Source: a virus
Taxonomy: Duplodnaviria > Caudoviricetes
Length of the DNA stretch: 35,762 bases
IMG/VR virus record: IMGVR_UViG_3300044259_000246
Location: 1-35,762 of that record
Strand: one strand, 5' to 3'
The notes below the pieces were generated by a model, which worked only from the letters and a program-made list of their open reading frames with translations, did no database searches and had not been told where the DNA came from. Each line of letters starts with the position of its first letter. The first letter of the stretch is position 1. This document shows positions 1-6,979 of the stretch, in pieces. The position numbers and the translations under genes were made by a program.

Positions 1-459
1 GAGGTAGCCACCGACAGACAGATTATCCGGCAGACTGGTGATGCCAGTGTCCTGCAAGTCGAGGTAGCCACCGACAGACAGATTATCCGGCAGACTGGTG
101 ATGCCAGTGTCCTGCAAGTAGAGGGAGCCACCGACAGACAGATTATCCGGCAGACTGGTGATGCCAGTGTCCTGCAAGTCGAGGTAGCCACCGACAGACA
201 GATTATCCGGCAGACTGGTGATGCCAGTGCCGCGCAAGTAGAGGGAGCCACCGACAGACAGATTATCCGGCAGACTGGTGATGCCAGTGCCCTGCAAGTC
301 GAGGGAGCCACCGACAGACAGATTATCCGGCAGACTGGTGATGCCAGTGCCGCGCAAGTAGAGGGAGCCACCGACAGACAGATTATCCGGCAGACTGGTG
401 ATGCCAGTGCCGCGCAAGTAGAGGGAGCCACCGACAGACAGATTATCCGGCAGACTGGT
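1..459. repeat. Tandem array of 60-bp units (7 full plus 1 partial visible)
   Basis: Units start at 1, 61, ... 421 and differ only at unit positions 5, 50, 52-53 and 60. Confidence 0.98.
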
Positions 460-570
460 AATATCAGCACGTCCCAGCAGAGACAGATCGCATTCAATTA
501 CAATAGAGCCATTATCATTAACAACATGGTTAATTTTTTTCTTTTTCAAAACATCCACAAAATTAGACAT
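1..570 (-). CDS. Leucine-rich-repeat protein with 20-aa units, 3' end outside the window (not in ORF track)
   Basis: Manual translation from ATG at 570 (GGAG RBS upstream): MSNFVDVLKKKKINHVVNDNGSIVIECDLSLLGRADITSLPDNLSVGGSL, then repeats of [Y/D]L[R/Q][G/D]TGITSLPDNLSVGG[S/Y]L. Open to base 1 (190 codons, no stop). LxLxxTxIxxLP is an LRR signature. Confidence 0.9.
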   Translation of the reverse strand, partial: MSNFVDVLKKKKINHVVNDNGSIVIECDLSLLGRADITSLPDNLSVGGSLYLRGTGITSLPDNLSVGGSLYLRGTGITSLPDNLSVGGSLDLQGTGITSLPDNLSVGGSLYLRGTGITSLPDNLSVGGYLDLQDTGITSLPDNLSVGGSLYLQDTGITSLPDNLSVGGYLDLQDTGITSLPDNLSVGGYL

Positions 571-649
571 TTAAATTTCTCCACACCAGTTTTTAGATTG
601 AGTTAATCCCTCGCCGTGAGGCGATTAAATTGCACATATAAAGGATTAA

Positions 650-1558
650 TTAACGGGAGGCTTCGCCGCCCAGCACTTCGATCAGGTTTTTAATTAACGC
701 TGACAGTTCACCAGTAATTAATACGAAATCAGCTTCAAATCGCTGGTTAATATCTTCTCGGTCAATATCGTCATTCTGCTCTAATACAGAATCAGATAAT
801 TTCAGTTTCTTCAGTACTCCGTCATCAGCTAACACAAAACTGATTTTTTCCTGCCATTCCAGCGCTAGTTTTGTTACAAGCTTTCCAGCCTCGATGTGTC
901 CGGCTATTTCGCTGGAAATCAGGTCTTGCTTCTTACTTCGCAAGATACCGCCACCTTCCAGAATTGCTTTTAGCTCCGCTTCATCGCGCAATCCGAAGCC
1001 TTGCGGAACGGCACCATTACGAACCCACTCAGTCAGTGTCAGCTCGATAGGGCTTTCCATTGTCAATGGAACCACAGGAAGTGAGCCAAGCGTCTTGCGC
1101 AACAAAGCCAGAGTGTCTTCGGCTTTCCGTGCGCTGGCGGCATCGACAATGAGCAAGTTTGATTTGGTATCGATCCACAACTGCGTTTTTTGAAACTTAC
1201 TGAATGCACGCGGTAGCAGGGTATGAAGCACCTCATCCTTAATGGAGTCCTTTTCGGTCTTCTTAAGTTTGCGATGCTGCTCCAGTTCCGTGCGTTCGAT
1301 TTTTGCTGCCAGTTCACGTTTTATTACAGGTGATGGGATCATTTTCTCTTCACGCTGCACCGTGACAATAATCTGATCACCAACCTGATGGGCTAATGCA
1401 TCACCAGTTGGTAGCGGTGGAACCCAGCCCATTTTCTGCATGTCATTACTTCCACATGGCGTGAATGCGAAGACTTGCATTTGTTCTGCCAGCTTTGATA
1501 AATCAACCCCGCGAGACAGACGGTAGATGCTTGCGTTTTTAAAACTAAGTACGCTCAT
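650..1558 (-). CDS. rdgC: Recombination-associated protein RdgC (phage-encoded)
   Basis: [53 protein letters not shown] motifs. Start moved to ATG 1558 because of the CAGGAG RBS. Confidence 0.93.
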   Translation of the reverse strand: MSVLSFKNASIYRLSRGVDLSKLAEQMQVFAFTPCGSNDMQKMGWVPPLPTGDALAHQVGDQIIVTVQREEKMIPSPVIKRELAAKIERTELEQHRKLKKTEKDSIKDEVLHTLLPRAFSKFQKTQLWIDTKSNLLIVDAASARKAEDTLALLRKTLGSLPVVPLTMESPIELTLTEWVRNGAVPQGFGLRDEAELKAILEGGGILRSKKQDLISSEIAGHIEAGKLVTKLALEWQEKISFVLADDGVLKKLKLSDSVLEQNDDIDREDINQRFEADFVLITGELSALIKNLIEVLGGEASR

Positions 1559-1678
1559 TGATATCTCCTGCACAAAGATAGTTTTCTCTACACACAAAGG
1601 CGGATGCCGGAGTTAAAAAACAAATAAACCGATTCATCATTTCAATTTAAATGGCCCGGCATCCGCCTTTATATGCAG

Positions 1679-1734
1679 TAAAAAAAGTGCGGTGACCCGA
1701 AAACCCCTGGTGTGGCATAAACCAGGTCACCGCA
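1679..1734 (-). terminator. Probable intrinsic terminator/attenuator in the leftward transcript
   Basis: Minus strand TGCGGTGACC...GGTCACCGCA followed by CTTTTTTT. Confidence 0.65.
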
Positions 1735-1780
1735 AAGACTACACACAGCAATTTCACAGCTATCACGGTCCTACGTGATT

Positions 1781-1846
1781 TTGTAGGGCGCTCGGAGTCG
1801 AACCGAGTGCAGGGTAGGGAACCCGACAATCACCTGATCACCACAA
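1781..1846 (-). ncRNA. tRNA-like / C4-CI-type structured RNA candidate
   Basis: Minus strand TTGTGG...CTACAA closing stem, GGGT-TCCCT-ACCC hairpin and T-arm-like CTCGG-TTCGACT-CCGAG. No canonical D arm, anticodon arm or CCA. Confidence 0.4.
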
Positions 1847-1959
1847 CTAAAAGAGCACTATCGGTTTTTGCAGCAACCTACGCGTGGATTAGGTTATGAG
1901 CCCGTCATGCGCTAATGCTCTTACAGTTGCGCCCTATAAAAGAGATATAAACTAAATAG

Positions 1960-2079
1960 TTACATCGCTAATTCATTATAAAAATAGACACATCCTGCAA
2001 ACATCAAGGAGATGGCTATTGCTATAGAAATGACAATTACCATTTCTCCAGCCAGTCTTTTTAGTGATGATTTATTCAT
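1960..2079 (-). CDS. Small single-pass membrane protein, 39 aa (not in ORF track)
   Basis: MNKSSLKRLAGEMVIVISIAIAISLMFAGCVYFYNELAM* preceded by GAGGTGG RBS; basic N-terminus plus a hydrophobic helix. Confidence 0.6.
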   Translation of the reverse strand: MNKSSLKRLAGEMVIVISIAIAISLMFAGCVYFYNELAM

Positions 2080-2175
2080 TACCACCTCACCGTTTATTGT
2101 TGGCCTGATTTACTTCATCACCTCAGGCGGCAGTGGTATCTTGGGAGCTCTCACACAGCCAAGAAAGGGAAAACG

Positions 2176-2667
2176 ATGGCCTCATTTGATCGAAAGCTTC
2201 AACTAAAAATCCTTGAGCTCGCCATAGAGTCTTACCCAGAGCAAATAAGCCACATACCACTTGAACTATCATCAATTGACAGCAAAACACTTCTTCAGAA
2301 CATCGCCTACTTATGTCAAGAGGGACTAATAACAGGTGGAATTGAAGATTCCTTCGACGGAATGGAACCAGCAATTGATCTAATCACTGCCACTAATGAC
2401 GCTGTAAACCTACTTAGCGAAGAGGGCAGTGTTTCCGCGTCCCTCAAAATCGTTACCGTCAAACTGCACGATGAAACGCTATCCGCACTGAGAGAGTTCA
2501 TAAATCAGAACATCCCTGACCCAGAAGAAAAGAAAGCGTATTTGCAGCGCTTAAAAGAGCTTCCCGCTGACGCCACAAAACACATTGTGCTTGAACTGCT
2601 GAATCAGGGGCTTGGTCAGATCCCGAACGCAGTGCAGTGGCTACAAACAATGCTCCGTCATCAGTAA
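2176..2667 (+). CDS. Hypothetical moron protein, possible winged-helix N-terminus, antisense to the pL operon
   Basis: 163-aa ORF with AAAGGG RBS and a TG-n-TATCTT extended -10 at 2134-2142. Confidence 0.75.
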   Translation: MASFDRKLQLKILELAIESYPEQISHIPLELSSIDSKTLLQNIAYLCQEGLITGGIEDSFDGMEPAIDLITATNDAVNLLSEEGSVSASLKIVTVKLHDETLSALREFINQNIPDPEEKKAYLQRLKELPADATKHIVLELLNQGLGQIPNAVQWLQTMLRHQ

Positions 2668-2839
2668 ATTCAGATTGCAAACGGAGCTTTTCAAACTTTA
2701 TCCAGCCAACTCCGCCAGTGATTTCTAACCAAAAGTCATCGCGGTTATCAGTTGAAAGTGTCAGTGCTTTTTTCACAAAAGCCATTGCGTAAATACGTAG
2801 TGGCTTTTTGTTGTCACCATCCTGTTCAAGCAAGCTCAT
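2498..2839 (-). CDS. Possible first gene of the pL operon (hypothetical)
   Basis: ATG about 50 nt downstream of the pL -10 with a GGGAG RBS, but the 3' part overlaps the + strand gene by 170 nt. Confidence 0.35.
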   Translation of the reverse strand: MSLLEQDGDNKKPLRIYAMAFVKKALTLSTDNRDDFWLEITGGVGWIKFEKLRLQSEFTDDGALFVATALRSGSDQAPDSAVQAQCVLWRQREALLSAANTLSFLLGQGCSDL

Positions 2840-2889
2840 TACTGTTCGCTCCCGTTCGCGATTTGGCCTGTTCGCTGCTGATACATCAA

Positions 2890-2931
2890 ATATTAGTCCG
2901 ACTTATTTTTCATGTCAACAGTCCGACTAAT
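2890..2931 (-). promoter_or_regulatory. pL promoter with oL operators
   Basis: Minus strand TTGACA-17 nt-TAATAT (2918 to 2890). 15-bp pseudo-palindromes ATTAGTCCGACTTAT (2892-2906) and AACAGTCCGACTAAT (2917-2931). Confidence 0.85.
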
Positions 2932-3039
2932 TATTTAGTGTGAACGAAACTAACAAATTCTTTATGCTATGAATTTGCGAGCATTTTACTTGTGGGATAT
3001 TAGATTTATGGGATTAGCTCACCATTGGACCAGACGAGC

Positions 3040-3573
3040 CTAAGCGCCTGCTTTCTTTGTTCTTCCGCCGCCATTGCCGCTTTCTAGCCACCTTCTTGCT
3101 TTTGACTCAAGTGAGTCAGCATAAGCTCTTGCATCACCATCAGCCCACTCTGGAGAAGGAACGTCTTCTTTATGCAAAATGAAATCGACAACAGCACGCC
3201 GCTCCTCAGGAGATTCTGCGTATTTTGATGTCATGGCCCGATCGTGAGTTATATATGGTGGTGCTGATGGTTCCCTAAAGGCCAGGCTTGCTTTACCCTC
3301 ATTAGTGGCAGAATAGAGTGATATTCTATCAATCTCTCTCTGTATTGAAGGGCTAAAATCAGACACTAAGCAATTGAATCTCTCGGCAAATTTTATTGCT
3401 ACCTCTACGTTAAGAGGCACTCGCCCATTTAGATATTGACTGACTGCGCTTTGGGTAGAAAAACCCAGATCGTCAGCAAGCACAGCCTGAGTTAACCCAG
3501 CCTGTCTCTTGAAAATAGCCATAAGCCTTTCGGCATCAGCTTTCTGCTCTGGTGTAAGTGGTTTTGCTGGCAT
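3040..3573 (-). CDS. cI: CI-like prophage repressor (XRE HTH), 177 aa, no recognisable S24 peptidase domain
   Basis: MPAKPLTPEQKADAERL...LTQAVLADDLGFSTQSAVSQYLNGRVPLN is a lambda CI-like HTH; divergent from cro. Confidence 0.88.
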   Translation of the reverse strand: MPAKPLTPEQKADAERLMAIFKRQAGLTQAVLADDLGFSTQSAVSQYLNGRVPLNVEVAIKFAERFNCLVSDFSPSIQREIDRISLYSATNEGKASLAFREPSAPPYITHDRAMTSKYAESPEERRAVVDFILHKEDVPSPEWADGDARAYADSLESKARRWLESGNGGGRTKKAGA

Positions 3574-3607
3574 CTCTTTACGCGTTTCACTAATTTCACT
3601 CAAGGTT

Positions 3608-3672
3608 ATTACAGGTACTAATAAATAAAAAACAGTCGGACTATTGCCTGAAAATAACAGTCGGACTAATAT
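3608..3672 (+). promoter_or_regulatory. pR promoter with oR operators
   Basis: TTGCCT-17 nt-TAATAT (3644-3672). Operators AACAGTCGGACTATT (3631-3645), AACAGTCGGACTAAT (3656-3670) and weaker ATTACAGGTACTAAT (3608-3622) share the oL consensus. Confidence 0.82.
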
Positions 3673-3706
3673 TAGTCGTGATTTAAATAGAGCAGAAGGA
3701 AGTAGC

Positions 3707-3916
3707 ATGAAGAAATCAAACAACATCAAGTCTGTGCGGGAGAGGCTTGGCTTATCTCAGTCGGCTCTCGCGGCTGAAATTGGAGTATCACAGGGAAATA
3801 TCAGCCACTACGAGTGCCAGCGCCAAAGCGTTCCACAGGATGTATCGAATCGCATCATCGATGTGGCGAAAAAAAGGGGGATTGAGATCTCTTTTAACGA
3901 CATCTACAGCTCTTGA
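3707..3916 (+). CDS. cro: Cro-like HTH regulator
   Basis: MKKSNNIKSVRERLGLSQSALAAEIGVSQGNISHYE; AAGGA RBS; position after pR. Confidence 0.88.
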   Translation: MKKSNNIKSVRERLGLSQSALAAEIGVSQGNISHYECQRQSVPQDVSNRIIDVAKKRGIEISFNDIYSS

Positions 3917-3986
3917 TTAACTCTTCTCTGTCGCATTTTTACGGCAAAGCAGGGCAGGGCGAAACCACAAGAAAAGGTAACTCACT

Positions 3987-4505
3987 GTGGACAATAAAAA
4001 CTTTACTGCTCCAGCGGACATAACAGCAGCCATGCACAAGTTGATCACCGAGTTCGCTGGTGGCTACGAAGCAATGGCTCAGCAACTGGCGCATGACGGC
4101 ACATACAACGCGCTGAGTAATCGCGTTCGGCAGGTGGGCGGACAAATGGTCCCATTCGGTATGGCCATTCAGATGGAGGCAATTTCAAGTAGGACGGATA
4201 TCACTCAGGCGATGTGTAAGCGTGCTGGTGGCGTGTTTGTGAAGTTGCCAGATGTCGAGCAAGCCGACAACGAAGAGTTGCTGGTCAAGTTCAACGAACT
4301 GCTGGCATCGCTTGGGGCATTTGCTGCGGCACACAACGAATTTACGGCGGATGGTGTGCTGGATCGGGATGAAACCAAACGCATGCGAGCGAAGGGTTAT
4401 CGGGTTCAGAGCCTGGTCGCGGAAATCATGGTCGTGACAGAGATGTTGTTTGGAGAGTGTGACGCCAGCAGTGTGCAGCCGCTGGCGTCGAGTGCGCGTA
4501 ATTAA
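3987..4505 (+). CDS. YmfL-family / CII-position regulatory protein
   Basis: GGYEAMA...LSNRVRQ...GGVFVKLPD...DGVLDRDE pattern; follows cro. Confidence 0.8.
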   Translation: MDNKNFTAPADITAAMHKLITEFAGGYEAMAQQLAHDGTYNALSNRVRQVGGQMVPFGMAIQMEAISSRTDITQAMCKRAGGVFVKLPDVEQADNEELLVKFNELLASLGAFAAAHNEFTADGVLDRDETKRMRAKGYRVQSLVAEIMVVTEMLFGECDASSVQPLASSARN

Positions 4506-4527
4506 TCGGTGTAGAGAAACTAAACGC

Positions 4528-4884
4528 ATGAACATATTACAGCAAAAAGCAGGATTACCGCAATTTCGTTGCTTGCCTGTACTGGGCGGCGCTAAACCCG
4601 TTTCGTTTCGGTATGAGCGGATGATAAAGGGGCGCTGGATACCCTGCAACCACAGTCGGGTGAGCGGAATTGTGGGCGTCATTAATCGCAGGGGGTTGGC
4701 GTGGACGAACGAATCACTGAGCTCGATCGGCGTTACCACGATCATTACGGAAAAATCGTCCGCGTTGTTGGCTATGACCGTCAAAACGAGAGAGTCATTT
4801 ACATGCGCGATGGTTATGAGCATGAGTGTGTCAGCCCCTTGTGGCAGTTCCAAGCAAAATTTACGAGGGTGTCATGAGCGTTAA
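4528..4884 (+). CDS. YmfM-like protein
   Basis: MNIL...FRCLPVLGG.. resembles e14 YmfM as recalled and has the same position. The 3' half overlaps the DUF4222 frame. Confidence 0.45.
   Translation: MNILQQKAGLPQFRCLPVLGGAKPVSFRYERMIKGRWIPCNHSRVSGIVGVINRRGLAWTNESLSSIGVTTIITEKSSALLAMTVKTRESFTCAMVMSMSVSAPCGSSKQNLRGCHER
4701..4877 (+). CDS. DUF4222-like small phage protein, 58 aa (not in ORF track)
   Basis: GTG start: MDERITELDRRYHDHYGKIVRVVGYDRQNERVIYMRDGYEHECVSPLWQFQAKFTRVS*. Its stop overlaps the replication gene start (ATGA). Confidence 0.75.
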   Translation: MDERITELDRRYHDHYGKIVRVVGYDRQNERVIYMRDGYEHECVSPLWQFQAKFTRVS

Positions 4885-5896
4885 ATTGTCGGCGTTTGTG
4901 TGGGACGGTTGCGCATCGTCTGGTATGAAATTAGCGTCAGTGGCCGTTATGGCACGTCTTGCTGATTTCTCGTCCGATGATGGCATTTGCTGGCCCTCAA
5001 TTGAAACCATAGCGCGGCAACTGGGAGCGGGGCCGAGCACTGTGCGCACGACGATCGCGAAGCTGGAGAAAGACGGCTGGTTAACTCGCACCCAGCGCCG
5101 TAAAGGCAACAGAAACGCATCGAATATGTATCAGTTGAACGTTGCGAAGCTCTATGCCGCTGCCCAATCTCACCTGTCAGATTCTGACCCGTCAAAATCT
5201 GACACATCAAAATCTGATGCCTCAAAATTTGACCCGTCAAAATCGAGCAAAAAAGGCGGTTTTGACCCGTCAGAATCTGGCGGGGATCCGTCAGTAAGAT
5301 CAAAACAAGATCCATCAGATAAAAAGACTATTGGTCAACCGCCTCCGGCAGCTGACCCGCAGTCAGATAATTTACGGATTGATTATCGGGCTGTTCTGGA
5401 TGCCTACCACACGACACTGCCAGAAATCCCCAAAGTGCTGGAAATGACGGATGACCGTCGCAAGAAACTACGAGCCCTTTGGACTAAGTACGATTTCAAC
5501 CTTGAGCGCTGGTTCGCATATCTGCGCTACATCTCGAAGCATTGCCGCTGGATGCTGGAAAACCGTGCTGACACGTCAACCGGCCGCACATGGCGCAAGA
5601 AGAACTTCGACTACCTGATCACCGAGAAATGCTATCTGGCCGTCAAGGAAGAGCGTGCTAACGACTTGCCTAACGTCGAACGAGCGGACGTTGCCAATCG
5701 TGAAGAAGCGTTTACCCGCCTGGTGTCATCAAAGGGCAAACCTAAAAACCGTACTGAGGAAATTGCTCAGGCCGAAGCTGGCCGTGCAGGGCTGGGACGG
5801 ATGAACGCATTTCAGGCTATGCAGGCATGGAAAACGATTTGGGCATCGGCGGCCCATCAGGCTGGGGAAGAGGAATTACGGAGGCTGGCATCATGA
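4874..5896 (+). CDS. Phage replication initiator (O/YmfN-like, N-terminal HTH)
   Basis: MSVKLS...RLADFSSDDGICWPSIETIARQ; internal iterons; C-terminal W.KKNFDYL motif. Confidence 0.88.
   Translation: MSVKLSAFVWDGCASSGMKLASVAVMARLADFSSDDGICWPSIETIARQLGAGPSTVRTTIAKLEKDGWLTRTQRRKGNRNASNMYQLNVAKLYAAAQSHLSDSDPSKSDTSKSDASKFDPSKSSKKGGFDPSESGGDPSVRSKQDPSDKKTIGQPPPAADPQSDNLRIDYRAVLDAYHTTLPEIPKVLEMTDDRRKKLRALWTKYDFNLERWFAYLRYISKHCRWMLENRADTSTGRTWRKKNFDYLITEKCYLAVKEERANDLPNVERADVANREEAFTRLVSSKGKPKNRTEEIAQAEAGRAGLGRMNAFQAMQAWKTIWASAAHQAGEEELRRLAS
5183..5275. repeat. Replication origin iterons (15-bp units)
   Basis: TCTGACCCGTCAAAA, TCTGACACATCAAAA, TCTGATGCCTCAAAA and TTTGACCCGTCAAAA in tandem (5183-5242), plus TTTGACCCGTCAGAA (5261-5275); dyad core TGAC-CC-GTCA. 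Confidence 0.8.
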
Positions 5897-6117
5897 TTCT
5901 GGACGATATCGAATTAGCAAAAAAGCTCGAAGAAAAACAGCTTTGGCGTCGTGCTGCCCGCCAGTGGCTCACAGTTATGGATCGGACAAAAGGCACGACA
6001 GAACGTGGACTGGTAGCCACTCGCCGATCAATTTGCCTTTCCCGTGCCCGTATAGCTACGCAGCAATACAGCGGTGTTCGGGTTATGACCGCTGCGGGAG
6101 GCATTCTCAATGACTGA
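5893..6117 (+). CDS. PerC-family transcriptional activator
   Basis: AKKLEEKQLWRRAARQWL..M motif; ATGA overlap with the upstream gene. Confidence 0.8.
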   Translation: MILDDIELAKKLEEKQLWRRAARQWLTVMDRTKGTTERGLVATRRSICLSRARIATQQYSGVRVMTAAGGILND

Positions 6118-6979
6118 CTTTTCACAAACCGAGTATGTGCAGTCGCTGAATGACTACAAGTCTGAAGTTGCTCACGAGCTTAAGGATGTTGGCGATCAGT
6201 GGTGTACTCCAGATCAGCTGTTCTGGGGCATCAATGCCATGTTTGGTCCGTTGGTGCTTGACCTGTTCAGTGATGGTGAAAATTCAAAATGCCAGGCGTA
6301 TTACACCGCAGAAGATAACGCGCTGGCACAAAACTGGTCTGTCCGACTGGCTGAGTTGAACGGTGCAGCATTCGGAAACCCGCCATATTCCCGCGCTAAG
6401 CAGCACGAAGGGCAGTACATCACTGGTATGCGTCACATCATCGATCATGTTATGGCAATGCGTGAGCTGGGTGGGCGCTACGTATTCCTCATCAAATCAG
6501 CTACATCAGAAGTCTGGTGGCCGGAACAAGCCGATCACATCGCATTTATCCGCGGTCGAATTGGTTTTGACCTGCCGAACTGGTTCAAACCGAAAGATGA
6601 AAAACAGGTTGCGACCAGCGCATTCTTCGCCGGCGCCATAGCTGTTTTTGATAAGCGGTGGAGCGGTCCGGCAATTACCTACATCGAACGTGATCGGCTG
6701 TATGCGCAGGGTGAAGCATTCATGGCGCAGATCCGTAGAGAGGCGGAACGGCTGGTACCACAACAGCAACCGATAGTCATTCCTGATACTGAAAATACCG
6801 TCTGGCCCGCAGAGGTTAATTTCCTGTTCGAGAAAGTCCCAACAGCGGCAATGCTTTCAGACCATTTGCAGCACAAGCTGCGCAGCCACATCAACCGCCT
6901 GAAACTTGAGGGCATCCCCGATAACACCATTATCACGACCGCAGAAGCGCTAACCGCAGCAATGGGAGCAGCAGCATGA
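6110..6979 (+). CDS. Phage Dam-type DNA N6-adenine methyltransferase
   Basis: DQWCTP, LDLF, FGNPPYS and FIRGRIGF motifs. Confidence 0.9.
   Translation: MTDFSQTEYVQSLNDYKSEVAHELKDVGDQWCTPDQLFWGINAMFGPLVLDLFSDGENSKCQAYYTAEDNALAQNWSVRLAELNGAAFGNPPYSRAKQHEGQYITGMRHIIDHVMAMRELGGRYVFLIKSATSEVWWPEQADHIAFIRGRIGFDLPNWFKPKDEKQVATSAFFAGAIAVFDKRWSGPAITYIERDRLYAQGEAFMAQIRREAERLVPQQQPIVIPDTENTVWPAEVNFLFEKVPTAAMLSDHLQHKLRSHINRLKLEGIPDNTIITTAEALTAAMGAAA

Noticed and set aside
1-459. CRISPR array
   Set aside because: The units are contiguous with no unique spacers, are a multiple of 3 long and encode an LRR; no cas genes are present.
1-459. Diversity-generating retroelement target
   Set aside because: No reverse transcriptase or TR/VR pair in the window; variation is biallelic and includes non-adenine changes (G/T, G/C).
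1781-1846. Bona fide tRNA gene
   Set aside because: Only the T arm is canonical; there is no proper D arm, 7-nt anticodon loop or CCA end.
3574-3729. N-terminal extensions of cI (to 3729) and cro (from 3644) in the ORF track
   Set aside because: They run through the operator/promoter region; ATG 3573 and ATG 3707 fit the domain boundaries better.
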